DNA of 64,000 nucleotides, from the NCBI GenBank assembly GCA_964057225.1, contig OZ059896.1:5890001-5954000 (forward strand). Direction: 5' to 3'. Source of the stretch: Auanema rhodensis. Lineage: Eukaryota > Animalia > Nematoda. Shown here piece by piece: positions 13,141 through 28,600 of the stretch. Made by a program: the position numbers and the translations under genes. The stretch's first letter is position 1, and the number at the start of each line of letters is the position of its first letter. The notes below the pieces were generated by a model. That model was not told the DNA's origin. It did no database searches and saw only the letters and a program-made list of their open reading frames with translations.

Positions 13141-16100
13141 TCCATGTACACTCAAAATTGCTTCCAAAAACATTTTGACAAAAATTTTTTCGAAAAATTT
13201 CAGAATAATTTAGCAAAAAGTAGATGTTTTTAGATTCCTTTTTTCAAGGCAAAAACGATGGACAATGTTATTCAACGAAAAAATTAATTCTTCAGGGTGA
13301 AAATCGAGGATATAGGTGTGAACTTTGATATCTCGGTGCAATGTCAAGCTAGCGCAAATCTGATAGTACAGATCGACGCAGCTTAAAAATCCGCATCGAT
13401 TGCACTATATTACATTGAGAAAAGCTAAATACAAAAATTAGTTATGATCGTTTGAAAAATGATGCATTAGTGTATGTTGAGTTTCCATGTACACTCAAAA
13501 TTTCTTCCAAAAACATTTTGACAAAAATTTTTTCGAAAAATTTCAAAATAATTTAGCAAAAAGTAGATGTTTTTAGATTTCTTTTTCCAAGGCAAAAACG
13601 ATGGACAATGTTATTCAACGAAAAAATTAATTCTTCAGGGTGAAAATCGAGGATATAAGTGTGAACTTATATCAGTTGATATCTCGGTGCATTTTTAAGC
13701 TAGCGCAAATCTGATAACACAGATCGACGCAGCTTAAAAATCCGCATCGAATGCACTATATTCCATTGAGAAAAGCTAAATACAAAAATTAGTTATGATC
13801 GTTTGAAAAATGATGCATTAGTGTATGTTGAGTTTCCATGTACACTCAAAATTGCTTCCAAAAACATTTTGACAAAAATTTTTTCGAAAAATTTCAGAAT
13901 AATTTAGCAAAAAGTAGATGTTTTTAGTTTCCTTTTTTCAAGGCAAAAACGATGGACAATGTCATTCAACGAAAAAATTAATTCTTCAGGGTGAAAATCG
14001 AGGATATAGGTGTGAACTTATATCAGTTGATTTCTCGGTGCATTTTCAAGCTAGCGCAAATCTGATAGTACAGATCGACGCAGCTTAAAAATCCGCATCG
14101 AATGCACTATATTACATTGAGAAAAGCTAAATACAAAAATTAGTTATGATCGTTTGAAAAATGATGCATTAGTGTATGTTGAGTTTCCATGTACACTCAA
14201 AATTGCTTCCAAAAACATTTTGACAAAAATTTTTTCGAAAAATTTCAAATTAATTTAGTAAAAAGTAGATGTTTTTAGATTCCTTTTTTCAAGGCAAAAA
14301 CGATGGACAATGTTATTCAACGAAAAAATTAATTCTTCAGGGTGAAAATCGAGGATATAGGTGTGAACTTATATCAGTTGATTTCTCGGTGCATTTTCAA
14401 GCTAGCGCAAATCTGATAGTACAGATCGACGCAGCTTAAAAATCCGCATCGAATGCACTATACTACATTGAGAAACGCTTAATACAAAAATTAGTTATGA
14501 TCGTTTGAAAAATGATGCATTAGTGTATGTTGAGTTTCCATGTACACTCAAAATTGCTTCCAAAAACATTTTGACAAAAATTTTTTCGAAAAATTTCAGA
14601 ATAATTTAGCAAAAAGTAGATGTTTTTAGATTCCTTTTTTCAAGGCAAAAACGATGGACAATGTTATTCAACGAAAAAATTAATTCTTCAGGGTGAAAAT
14701 CGAGGATATAGGTGTGAACTTATATCAGTTGATATCTCGGTGCATTTTCAAGCTAGCGCAAATCTGATAACACAGATCGACGCAGCTTAAAAATCCGCAT
14801 CGAATGCACTATACTACATTGAGAAAAGCTAAATACAAAAATTAGTTATGATCGTTTGAAAAATGATGCATTAGTGTATGTTGAGTTTCCATGTACACTC
14901 AAAATTGCTTCCAAAAACATTTTGACAAAAATTTTTTCGAAAAATTTCAGAATAATTTAGCAAAAAGTAGATGTTTTTAGATTCCTTTTTTCAAGGCAAA
15001 AACGATGGACAATGTTATTCAACGAAAAAATTAATTCTTCAGGGTGAAAATCGAGGATATAGGTGTGAACTTTGATATCTCGGTGCAATGTCAAGCTAGC
15101 GCAAATCTGATAGTACAGATCGACGCAGCTTAAAAATCCGCATCGATTGCACTATACTACATTGAGAAAAGCTAAATACAAAAATTAGTTATGATCGTTT
15201 GAAAAATGATGCATTAGTGTATGTTGAGTTTCCATGTACACTCAAAATTTCTTCCAAAAACATTTTGACAAAAATTTTTTCGAAAAATTTCAAAATAATT
15301 TAGCAAAAAGTAGATGTTTTTAGATTTCTTTTTCCAAGGCAAAAACGATGGACAATGTTATTCAACGAAAAAATTAATTCTTCAGGGTGAAAATCGAGGA
15401 TATAAGTGTGAACTTATATCAGTTGATATCTCGGTGCATTTTTAAGCTAGCGCAAATCTGATAACACAGATCGACGCAGCTTAAAAATCCGCATCGAATG
15501 CACTATATTCCATTGAGAAAAGCTAAATACAAAAATTAGTTATGATCGTTTGAAAAATGATGCATTAGTGTATGTTGAGTTTCCATGTACACTCAAAATT
15601 GCTTCCAAAAACATTTTGACAAAAATTTTTTCGAAAAATTTCAGAATAATTTAGCAAAAAGTAGATGTTTTTAGTTTCCTTTTTTCAAGGCAAAAACGAT
15701 GGACAATGTCATTCAACGAAAAAATCAATTCTTCAGGGTGAAAATCGAGGATATAGGTGTGAACTTATATCAGTTGATTTCTCGGTGCATTTTCAAGCTA
15801 GCGCAAATCTGATAGTACAGATCGACGCAGCTTAAAAATCCGCATCGAATGCACTATATTACATTGAGAAAAGCTAAATACAAAAATTAGTTATGATCGT
15901 TTGAAAAATGATGCATTAGTGTATGTTGAGTTTCCATGTACACTCAAAATTGCTTCCAAAAACATTTTGACAAAAATTTTTTCGAAAAATTTCAAATTAA
16001 TTTAGTAAAAAGTAGATGTTTTTAGATTCCTTTTTTCAAGGCAAAAACGATGGACAATGTTATTCAACGAAAAAATTAATTCTTCAGGGTGAAAATCGAG

Positions 16101-16634
16101 GATATAGGTGTGAACTTATATCAGTTGATTTCTCGGTGCATTTTCAAGCTAGCGCAAATCTGATAGTACAGATCGACGCAGCTTAAAAATCCGCATCGAA
16201 TGCACTATACTACATTGAGAAACGCTTAATACAAAAATTAGTTATGATCGTTTGAAAAATGATGCATTAGTGTATGTTGAGTTTCCATGTACACTCAAAA
16301 TTGCTTCCAAAAACATTTTGACAAAAATTTTTTCGAAAAATTTCAGAATAATTTAGCAAAAAGTAGATGTTTTTAGATTCCTTTTTTCAAGGCAAAAACG
16401 ATGGACAATGTCATTCAACGAAAAAATTAATTCTTCAGGGTGAAAATCGAGGATATAGGTGTGAACTTATATCAGTTGATTTCTCGGTGCATTTTCAAGC
16501 TAGCGCAAATCTGATAGTACAGATCGACGCAGCTTAAAAATCCGCATCGAATGCACTATACTACATTGAGAAACGCTTAATACAAAAATTAGTTATGATC
16601 GTTTGAAAAATGATGCATTAGTGTATGTTGAGTT
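13141..16634 (+). repeat. 5-monomer higher-order duplication (1747 bp)
   Basis: The 8-bp-deleted monomer starts at 13141 and 14888. Markers tttttccaagg, ttagtttcc and caaattaat repeat at offset 1747 = 4x351+343. The right boundary is approximate. Confidence 0.8.
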
Positions 16635-19600
16635 TCCATGTACACTCAAAATTGCTTCCAAAAACATTTTGACAAAAATTTTTTCGAAAAATTTCAGAAT
16701 AATTTAGCAAAAAGTAGATGTTTTTAGATTCCTTTTTTCAAGGCAAAAACGATGGACAATGTCATTCAACGAAAAAATTAATTCTTCAGGGTGAAAATCG
16801 AGGATATAGGTGTGAACTTATATCAGTTGATATCTCGGTGCATTTTTAAGCTAGCGCAAATCTGATAACACAGATCGACGCAGCTTAAAAATCCGCATCG
16901 AATGCACTATACTACATTGAGAAACGCTTAATACAAAAATTAGTTATGATCGTTTGAAAAATGATGCATTAGTGTATGTTGAGTTTCCATGTACACTCAA
17001 AATTGCTTCCAAAAACATTTTGACAAAAATTTTTTCGAAAAATTTCAGAATAATTTAGCAAAAAGTAGATGTTTTTAGATTCCTTTTTTCAAGGCAAAAA
17101 CGATGGACAATGTTATTCAACGAAAAAATTGATTCTTCAGGGTGAAAATCGAGGATATAGGTGTGAACTTATATCAGTTGATATCTCGGTGCATTTTTAA
17201 GCTAGCGCAAATCTGATAACACAGATCGACGCAGCTTAAAAATCCGCATCGAATGCACTATACTACATTGAGAAACGCTTAATACAAAAATTAGTTATGA
17301 TCGTTTGAAAAATGATGCATTAGTGTATGTTGAGTTTCCATGTACACTCAAAATTGCTTCCAAAAACATTTTGACAAAAATTTTTTCGAAAAATTTCAGA
17401 ATAATTTAGCAAAAAGTAGATGTTTTTAGATTCCTTTTTTCAAGGCAAAAACGATGGACAATGTTATTCAACGAAAAAATTGATTCTTCAAGGTGAAAAT
17501 CGAGGATATAGGTGTGAACTTATATCAGTTGATATCTCGGTGCATTTTCAAGCTAGCGCAAATCTGATAGTACAGATCGACGCAGCTTAAAAATCCGCAT
17601 CGAATGCACTATACTACATTGAGAAACGCTTAATACAAAAATTAGTTATGATCGTTTGAAAAATGATGCATTAGTGTATGTTGAGTTTCCATGTACACTC
17701 AAAATTGCTTCCAAAAACATTTTGACAAAAATTTTTTCGAAAAATTTCAGAATAATTTAGCAAAAAGTAGATGTTTTTAGATTCCTTTTTTCAAGGCAAA
17801 AACGATGGACAATGTTATTCAACGAAAAAATTGATTCTTCAGGGTGAAAATCGAGGATATAGGTGTGAACTTATATCAGTTGATATCTCGGTGCATTTTT
17901 AAGCTAGCGCAAATCTGATAACACAGATCGACGCAGCTTAAAAATCCGCATCGAATGCACTATACTACATTGAGAAACGCTTAATACAAAAATTAGTTAT
18001 GATCGTTTGAAAAATGATGCATTAGTGTATGTTGAGTTTCCATGTACACTCAAAATTGCTTCCAAAAACATTTTGACAAAAATTTTTTCGAAAAATTTCA
18101 GAATAATTTAGCAAAAAGTAGATGTTTTTAGATTCCTTTTTTCAAGGCAAAAACGATGGACAATGTCATTCAACGAAAAAATTAATTCTTCAGGGTGAAA
18201 ATCGAGGATATAGGTGTGAACTTATATCAGTTGATTTCTCGGTGCATTTTCAAGCTAGCGCAAATCTGATAGTACAGATCGACGCAGCTTAAAAATCCGC
18301 ATCGAATGCACTATACTACATTGAGAAACGCTTAATACAAAAATTAGTTATGATCGTTTGAAAAATGATGCATTAGTGTATGTTGAGTTTCCATGTACAC
18401 TCAAAATTGCTTCCAAAAACATTTTGACAAAAATTTTTTCGAAAAATTTCAGAATAATTTAGCAAAAAGTAGATGTTTTTAGATTCCTTTTTTCAAGGCA
18501 AAAACGATGGACAATGTCATTCAACGAAAAAATTAATTCTTCAGGGTGAAAATCGAGGATATAGGTGTGAACTTATATCAGTTGATATCTCGGTGCATTT
18601 TCAAGCTAGCGCAAATCTGATAACACAGATCGACGCAGCTTAAAAATCCGCATCGAATGCACTATACTACATTGAGAAAAGCTAAATACAAAAATTAGTT
18701 ATGATCGTTTGAAAAATGATGCATTAGTGTATGTTGAGTTTCCATGTACACTCAAAATTGCTTCCAAAAACATTTTGACAAAAATTTTTTCGAAAAATTT
18801 CAGAATAATTTAGCAAAAAGTAGATGTTTTTAGATTCCTTTTTTCAAGGCAAAAACGATGGACAATGTTATTCAACGAAAAAATTGATTCTTCAGGGTGA
18901 AAATCGAGGATATAGGTGTGAACTTATATCAGTTGATATCTCGGTGCATTTTTAAGCTAGCGCAAATCTGATAACACAGATCGACGCAGCTTAAAAATCC
19001 GCATCGAATGCACTATACTACATTGAGAAAAGCTAAATACAAAAATTAGTTATGATCGTTTGAAAAATGATGCATTAGTGTATGTTGAGTTTCCATGTAC
19101 ACTCAAAATTGCTTCCAAAAACATTTTGACAAAAATTTTTTCGAAAAATTTCAGAATAATTTAGCAAAAAGTAGATGTTTTTAGATTCCTTTTTTCAAGG
19201 CAAAAACGATGGACAATGTTATTCAACGAAAAAATTGATTCTTCAGGGTGAAAATCGAGGATATAGGTGTGAACTTATATCAGTTGATATCTCGGTGCAT
19301 TTTTAAGCTAGCGCAAATCTGATAACACAGATCGACGCAGCTTAAAAATCCGCATCGAATGCACTATACTACATTGAGAAACGCTTAATACAAAAATTAG
19401 TTATGATCGTTTGAAAAATGATGCATTAGTGTATGTTGAGTTTCCATGTACACTCAAAATTGCTTCCAAAAACATTTTGACAAAAATTTTTTCGAAAAAT
19501 TTCAGAATAATTTAGCAAAAAGTAGATGTTTTTAGATTCCTTTTTTCAAGGCAAAAACGATGGACAATGTTATTCAACGAAAAAATTGATTCTTCAAGGT

Positions 19601-22600
19601 GAAAATCGAGGATATAGGTGTGAACTTATATCAGTTGATATCTCGGTGCATTTTCAAGCTAGCGCAAATCTGATAGTACAGATCGACGCAGCTTAAAAAT
19701 CCGCATCGAATGCACTATACTACATTGAGAAACGCTTAATACAAAAATTAGTTATGATCGTTTGAAAAATGATGCATTAGTGTATGTTGAGTTTCCATGT
19801 ACACTCAAAATTGCTTCCAAAAACATTTTGACAAAAATTTTTTCGAAAAATTTCAGAATAATTTAGCAAAAAGTAGATGTTTTTAGATTCCTTTTTTCAA
19901 GGCAAAAACGATGGACAATGTTATTCAACGAAAAAATTGATTCTTCAGGGTGAAAATCGAGGATATAGGTGTGAACTTATATCAGTTGATATCTCGGTGC
20001 ATTTTCAAGCTAGCGCAAATCTGATAACACAGATCGACGCAGCTTAAAAATCCGCATCGAATGCACTATACTACATTGAGAAAAGCTAAATACAAAAATT
20101 AGTTATGATCGTTTGAAAAATGATGCATTAGTGTATGTTGAGTTTCCATGTACACTCAAAATTGCTTCCAAAAACATTTTGACAAAAATTTTTTCGAAAA
20201 ATTTCAGAATAATTTAGCAAAAAGTAGATGTTTTTAGATTCCTTTTTTCAAGGCAAAAACGATGGACAATGTTATTCAACGAAAAAATTAATTCTTCAGG
20301 GTGAAAATCGAGGATATAGGTGTGAACTTTGATATCTCGGTGCAATGTCAAGCTAGCGCAAATCTGATAGTACAGATCGACGCAGCTTAAAAATCCGCAT
20401 CGATTGCACTATACTACATTGAGAAAAGCTAAATACAAAAATTAGTTATGATCGTTTGAAAAATGATGCATTAGTGTATGTTGAGTTTCCATGTACACTC
20501 AAAATTTCTTCCAAAAACATTTTGACAAAAATTTTTTCGAAAAATTTCAAAATAATTTAGCAAAAAGTAGATGTTTTTAGATTTCTTTTTCCAAGGCAAA
20601 AACGATGGACAATGTTATTCAACGAAAAAATTAATTCTTCAGGGTGAAAATCGAGGATATAAGTGTGAACTTATATCAGTTGATATCTCGGTGCATTTTT
20701 AAGCTAGCGCAAATCTGATAACACAGATCGACGCAGCTTAAAAATCCGCATCGAATGCACTATATTCCATTGAGAAAAGCTAAATACAAAAATTAGTTAT
20801 GATCGTTTGAAAAATGATGCATTAGTGTATGTTGAGTTTCCATGTACACTCAAAATTGCTTCCAAAAACATTTTGACAAAAATTTTTTCGAAAAATTTCA
20901 GAATAATTTAGCAAAAAGTAGATGTTTTTAGTTTCCTTTTTTCAAGGCAAAAACGATGGACAATGTCATTCAACGAAAAAATCAATTCTTCAGGGTGAAA
21001 ATCGAGGATATAGGTGTGAACTTATATCAGTTGATTTCTCGGTGCATTTTCAAGCTAGCGCAAATCTGATAGTACAGATCGACGCAGCTTAAAAATCCGC
21101 ATCGAATGCACTATATTACATTGAGAAAAGCTAAATACAAAAATTAGTTATGATCGTTTGAAAAATGATGCATTAGTGTATGTTGAGTTTCCATGTACAC
21201 TCAAAATTGCTTCCAAAAACATTTTGACAAAAATTTTTTCGAAAAATTTCAAATTAATTTAGTAAAAAGTAGATGTTTTTAGATTCCTTTTTTCAAGGCA
21301 AAAACGATGGACAATGTTATTCAACGAAAAAATTAATTCTTCAGGGTGAAAATCGAGGATATAGGTGTGAACTTATATCAGTTGATTTCTCGGTGCATTT
21401 TCAAGCTAGCGCAAATCTGATAGTACAGATCGACGCAGCTTAAAAATCCGCATCGAATGCACTATACTACATTGAGAAACGCTTAATACAAAAATTAGTT
21501 ATGATCGTTTGAAAAATGATGCATTAGTGTATGTTGAGTTTCCATGTACACTCAAAATTGCTTCCAAAAACATTTTGACAAAAATTTTTTCGAAAAATTT
21601 CAGAATAATTTAGCAAAAAGTAGATGTTTTTAGATTCCTTTTTTCAAGGCAAAAACGATGGACAATGTCATTCAACGAAAAAATTAATTCTTCAGGGTGA
21701 AAATCAAGGATATAGGTGTGAACTTATATCAGTTGATTTCTCGGTGCATTTTCAAGCTAGCGCAAATCTGATAGTACAGATCGACGCAGCTTAAAAATCC
21801 GCATCGAATGCACTATACTACATTGAGAAACGCTTAATACAAAAATTAGTTATGATCGTTTGAAAAATGATGCATTAGTGTATGTTGAGTTTCCATGTAC
21901 ACTCAAAATTGCTTCCAAAAACATTTTGACAAAAATTTTTTCGAAAAATTTCAGAATAATTTAGCAAAAAGTAGATGTTTTTAGATTCCTTTTTTCAAGG
22001 CAAAAACGATGGACAATGTCATTCAACGAAAAAATTAATTCTTCAGGGTGAAAATCGAGGATATAGGTGTGAACTTATATCAGTTGATATCTCGGTGCAT
22101 TTTTAAGCTAGCGCAAATCTGATAACACAGATCGACGCAGCTTAAAAATCCGCATCGAATGCACTATACTACATTGAGAAACGCTTAATACAAAAATTAG
22201 TTATGATCGTTTGAAAAATGATGCATTAGTGTATGTTGAGTTTCCATGTACACTCAAAATTGCTTCCAAAAACATTTTGACAAAAATTTTTTCGAAAAAT
22301 TTCAGAATAATTTAGCAAAAAGTAGATGTTTTTAGATTCCTTTTTTCAAGGCAAAAACGATGGACAATGTCATTCAACGAAAAAATTAATTCTTCAGGGT
22401 GAAAATCGAGGATATAGGTGTGAACTTATATCAGTTGATTTCTCGGTGCATTTTCAAGCTAGCGCAAATCTGATAGTACAGATCGACGCAGCTTAAAAAT
22501 CCGCATCGAATGCACTATACTACATTGAGAAACGCTTAATACAAAAATTAGTTATGATCGTTTGAAAAATGATGCATTAGTGTATGTTGAGTTTCCATGT

Positions 22601-25600
22601 ACACTCAAAATTGCTTCCAAAAACATTTTGACAAAAATTTTTTCGAAAAATTTCAGAATAATTTAGCAAAAAGTAGATGTTTTTAGATTCCTTTTTTCAA
22701 GGCAAAAACGATGGACAATGTCATTCAACGAAAAAATTAATTCTTCAGGGTGAAAATCGAGGATATAGGTGTGAACTTATATCAGTTGATATCTCGGTGC
22801 ATTTTCAAGCTAGCGCAAATCTGATAACACAGATCGACGCAGCTTAAAAATCCGCATCGAATGCACTATACTACATTGAGAAAAGCTAAATACAAAAATT
22901 AGTTATGATCGTTTGAAAAATGATGCATTAGTGTATGTTGAGTTTCCATGTACACTCAAAATTGCTTCCAAAAACATTTTGACAAAAATTTTTTCGAAAA
23001 ATTTCAGAATAATTTAGCAAAAAGTAGATGTTTTTAGATTCCTTTTTTCAAGGCAAAAACGATGGACAATGTTATTCAACGAAAAAATTGATTCTTCAAG
23101 GTGAAAATCGAGGATATAGGTGTGAACTTATATCAGTTGATATCTCGGTGCATTTTAAGCTAGCGCAAATCTGATAACACAGATCGACGCAGCTTAAAAA
23201 TCCGCATCGAATGCACTATACTACATTGAGAAACGCTTAATACAAAAATTAGTTATGATCGTTTGAAAAATGATGCATTAGTGTATGTTGAGTTTCCATG
23301 TACACTCAAAATTGCTTCCAAAAACATTTTGACAAAAATTTTTTCGAAAAATTTCAGAATAATTTAGCAAAAAGTAGATGTTTTTAGATTCCTTTTTTCA
23401 AGGCAAAAACGATGGACAATGTCATTCAACGAAAAAATTAATTCTTCAGGGTGAAAATCGAGGATATAGGTGTGAACTTATATCAGTTGATTTCTCGGTG
23501 CATTTTCAAGCTAGCGCAAATCTGATAGTACAGATCGACGCAGCTTAAAAATCCGCATCGAATGCACTATACTACATTGAGAAACGCTTAATACAAAAAT
23601 TAGTTATGATCGTTTGAAAAATGATGCATTAGTGTATGTTGAGTTTCCATGTACACTCAAAATTGCTTCCAAAAACATTTTGACAAAAATTTTTTCGAAA
23701 AATTTCAGAATAATTTAGCAAAAAGTAGATGTTTTTAGATTCCTTTTTTCAAGGCAAAAACGATGGACAATGTCATTCAACGAAAAAATTAATTCTTCAG
23801 GGTGAAAATCGAGGATATAGGTGTGAACTTATATCAGTTGATTTCTCGGTGCATTTTCAAGCTAGCGCAAATCTGATAGTACAGATCGACGCAGCTTAAA
23901 AATCCGCATCGAATGCACTATACTACATTGAGAAACGCTTAATACAAAAATTAGTTATGATCGTTTGAAAAATGATGCATTAGTGTATGTTGAGTTTCCA
24001 TGTACACTCAAAATTGCTTCCAAAAACATTTTGACAAAAATTTTTTCGAAAAATTTCAGAATAATTTAGCAAAAAGTAGATGTTTTTAGATTCCTTTTTT
24101 CAAGGCAAAAACGATGGACAATGTCATTCAACGAAAAAATTAATTCTTCAGGGTGAAAATCGAGGATATAGGTGTGAACTTATATCAGTTGATATCTCGG
24201 TGCATTTTTAAGCTAGCGCAAATCTGATAACACAGATCGACGCAGCTTAAAAATCCGCATCGAATGCACTATACTACATTGAGAAACGCTTAATACAAAA
24301 ATTAGTTATGATCGTTTGAAAAATGATGCATTAGTGTATGTTGAGTTTCCATGTACACTCAAAATTGCTTCCAAAAACATTTTGACAAAAATTTTTTCGA
24401 AAAATTTCAGAATAATTTAGCAAAAAGTAGATGTTTTTAGATTCCTTTTTTCAAGGCAAAAACGATGGACAATGTCATTCAACGAAAAAATTAATTCTTC
24501 AGGGTGAAAATCGAGGATATAGGTGTGAACTTATATCAGTTGATATCTCGGTGCATTTTCAAGCTAGCGCAAATCTGATAACACAGATCGACGCAGCTTA
24601 AAAATCCGCATCGAATGCACTATACTACATTGAGAAAAGCTAAATACAAAAATTAGTTATGATCGTTTGAAAAATGATGCATTAGTGTATGTTGAGTTTC
24701 CATGTACACTCAAAATTGCTTCCAAAAACATTTTGACAAAAATTTTTTCGAAAAATTTCAGAATAATTTAGCAAAAAGTAGATGTTTTTAGATTCCTTTT
24801 TTCAAGGCAAAAACGATGGACAATGTTATTCAACGAAAAAATTGATTCTTCAAGGTGAAAATCGAGGATATAGGTGTGAACTTATATCAGTTGATATCTC
24901 GGTGCATTTTAAGCTAGCGCAAATCTGATAACACAGATCGACGCAGCTTAAAAATCCGCATCGAATGCACTATACTACATTGAGAAACGCTTAATACAAA
25001 AATTAGTTATGATCGTTTGAAAAATGATGCATTAGTGTATGTTGAGTTTCCATGTACACTCAAAATTGCTTCCAAAAACATTTTGACAAAAATTTTTTCG
25101 AAAAATTTCAGAATAATTTAGCAAAAAGTAGATGTTTTTAGATTCCTTTTTTCAAGGCAAAAACGATGGACAATGTCATTCAACGAAAAAATTAATTCTT
25201 CAGGGTGAAAATCGAGGATATAGGTGTGAACTTATATCAGTTGATATCTCGGTGCATTTTCAAGCTAGCGCAAATCTGATAACACAGATCGACGCAGCTT
25301 AAAAATCCGCATCGAATGCACTATACTACATTGAGAAAAGTTAAATACGAAAATTAGTTATGATCGTTTGAAAAATGATGCATTAGTGTATGTTGAGTTT
25401 CCATGTACACTCAAAATTGCTTCCAAAAACATTTTGACAAAAATTTTTTCGAAAAATTTCAGAATAATTTAGCAAAAAGTAGATGTTTTTAGATTCCTTT
25501 TTTCAAGGCAAAAACGATGGACAATGTTATTCAACGAAAAAATTAATTCTTCAGGGTGAAAATCGAGGATATAGGTGTGAACTTATATCAGTTGATATCT

Positions 25601-28600
25601 CGGTGCATTTTCAAGCTAGCGCAAATCTGATAACACAGATCGACGCAGCTTAAAAATCCGCATCGAATGCACTATACTACATTGAGAAAAGCTAAATACA
25701 AAAATTAGTTATGATCGTTTGAAAAATGATGCATTAGTGTATGTTGAGTTTCCATGTACACTCAAAATTGCTTCCAAAAACATTTTGACAAAAATTTTTT
25801 CGAAAAATTTCAGAATAATTTAGCAAAAAGTAGATGTTTTTAGATTCCTTTTTTCAAGGCAAAAACGATGGACAATGTTATTCAACGAAAAAATTAATTC
25901 TTCAGGGTGAAAATCGAGGATATAGGTGTGAACTTTGATATCTCGGTGCAATGTCAAGCTAGCGCAAATCTGATAGTACAGATCGACGCAGCTTAAAAAT
26001 CCGCATCGATTGCACTATACTACATTGAGAAAAGCTAAATACAAAAATTAGTTATGATCGTTTGAAAAATGATGCATTAGTGTATGTTGAGTTTCCATGT
26101 ACACTCAAAATTTCTTCCAAAAACATTTTGACAAAAATTTTTTCGAAAAATTTCAAAATAATTTAGCAAAAAGTAGATGTTTTTAGATTTCTTTTTTCAA
26201 GGCAAAAACGATGGACAATGTTATTCAACGAAAAAATTAATTCTTCAGGGTGAAAATCGAGGATATAAGTGTGAACTTATATCAGTTGATATCTCGGTGC
26301 ATTTTTAAGCTAGCGCAAATCTGATAACACAGATCGACGCAGCTTAAAAATCCGCATCGAATGCACTATATTCCATTGAGAAAAGCTAAATACAAAAATT
26401 AGTTATGATCGTTTGAAAAATGATGCATTAGTGTATGTTGAGTTTCCATGTACACTCAAAATTGCTTCCAAAAACATTTTGACAAAAATTTTTTCGAAAA
26501 ATTTCAGAATAATTTAGCAAAAAGTAGATGTTTTTAGTTTCCTTTTTTCAAGGCAAAAACGATGGACAATGTCATTCAACGAAAAAATTAATTCTTCAGG
26601 GTGAAAATCGAGGATATAGGTGTGAACTTATATCAGTTGATTTCTCGGTGCATTTTCAAGCTAGCGCAAATCTGATAGTACAGATCGACGCAGCTTAAAA
26701 ATCCGCATCGAATGCACTATACTACATTGAGAAACGCTTAATACAAAAATTAGTTATGATCGTTTGAAAAATGATGCATTAGTGTATGTTGAGTTTCCAT
26801 GTACACTCAAAATTGCTTCCAAAAACATTTTGACAAAAATTTTTTCGAAAAATTTCAAATTAATTTAGTAAAAAGTAGATGTTTTTAGATTCCTTTTTTC
26901 AAGGCAAAAACGATGGACAATGTTATTCAACGAAAAAATTAATTCTTCAGGGTGAAAATCGAGGATATAGGTGTGAACTTATATCAGTTGATTTCTCGGT
27001 GCATTTTCAAGCTAGCGCAAATCTGATAGTACAGATCGACGCAGCTTAAAAATCCGCATCGAATGCACTATACTACATTGAGAAACGCTTAATACAAAAA
27101 TTAGTTATGATCGTTTGAAAAATGATGCATTAGTGTATGTTGAGTTTCCATGTACACTCAAAATTGCTTCCAAAAACATTTTGACAAAAATTTTTTCGAA
27201 AAATTTCAGAATAATTTAGCAAAAAGTAGATGTTTTTAGATTCCTTTTTTCAAGGCAAAAACGATGGACAATGTTATTCAACGAAAAAATTGATTCTTCA
27301 GGGTGAAAATCGAGGATATAGGTGTGAACTTATATCAGTTGATATCTCGGTGCATTTTTAAGCTAGCGCAAATCTGATAACACAGATCGACGCAGCTTAA
27401 AAATCCGCATCGAATGCACTATACTACATTGAGAAACGCTTAATACAAAAATTAGTTATGATCGTTTGAAAAATGATGCATTAGTGTATGTTGAGTTTCC
27501 ATGTACACTCAAAATTGCTTCCAAAAACATTTTGACAAAAATTTTTTCGAAAAATTTCAGAATAATTTAGCAAAAAGTAGATGTTTTTAGATTCCTTTTT
27601 TCAAGGCAAAAACGATGGACAATGTCATTCAACGAAAAAATTAATTCTTCAGGGTGAAAATCGAGGATATAGGTGTGAACTTATATCAGTTGATTTCTCG
27701 GTGCATTTTCAAGCTAGCGCAAATCTGATAGTACAGATCGACGCAGCTTAAAAATCCGCATCGAATGCACTATACTACATTGAGAAACGCTTAATACAAA
27801 AATTAGTTATGATCGTTTGAAAAATGATGCATTAGTGTATGTTGAGTTTCCATGTACACTCAAAATTGCTTCCAAAAACATTTTGACAAAAATTTTTTCG
27901 AAAAATTTCAGAATAATTTAGCAAAAAGTAGATGTTTTTAGATTCCTTTTTTCAAGGCAAAAACGATGGACAATGTCATTCAACGAAAAAATTAATTCTT
28001 CAGGGTGAAAATCGAGGATATAGGTGTGAACTTATATCAGTTGATTTCTCGGTGCATTTTCAAGCTAGCGCAAATCTGATAGTACAGATCGACGCAGCTT
28101 AAAAATCCGCATCGAATGCACTATACTACATTGAGAAACGCTTAATACAAAAATTAGTTATGATCGTTTGAAAAATGATGCATTAGTGTATGTTGAGTTT
28201 CCATGTACACTCAAAATTGCTTCCAAAAACATTTTGACAAAAATTTTTTCGAAAAATTTCAGAATAATTTAGCAAAAAGTAGATGTTTTTAGATTCCTTT
28301 TTTCAAGGCAAAAACGATGGACAATGTCATTCAACGAAAAAATTAATTCTTCAGGGTGAAAATCGAGGATATAGGTGTGAACTTATATCAGTTGATATCT
28401 CGGTGCATTTTTAAGCTAGCGCAAATCTGATAACACAGATCGACGCAGCTTAAAAATCCGCATCGAATGCACTATACTACATTGAGAAACGCTTAATACA
28501 AAAATTAGTTATGATCGTTTGAAAAATGATGCATTAGTGTATGTTGAGTTTCCATGTACACTCAAAATTGCTTCCAAAAACATTTTGACAAAAATTTTTT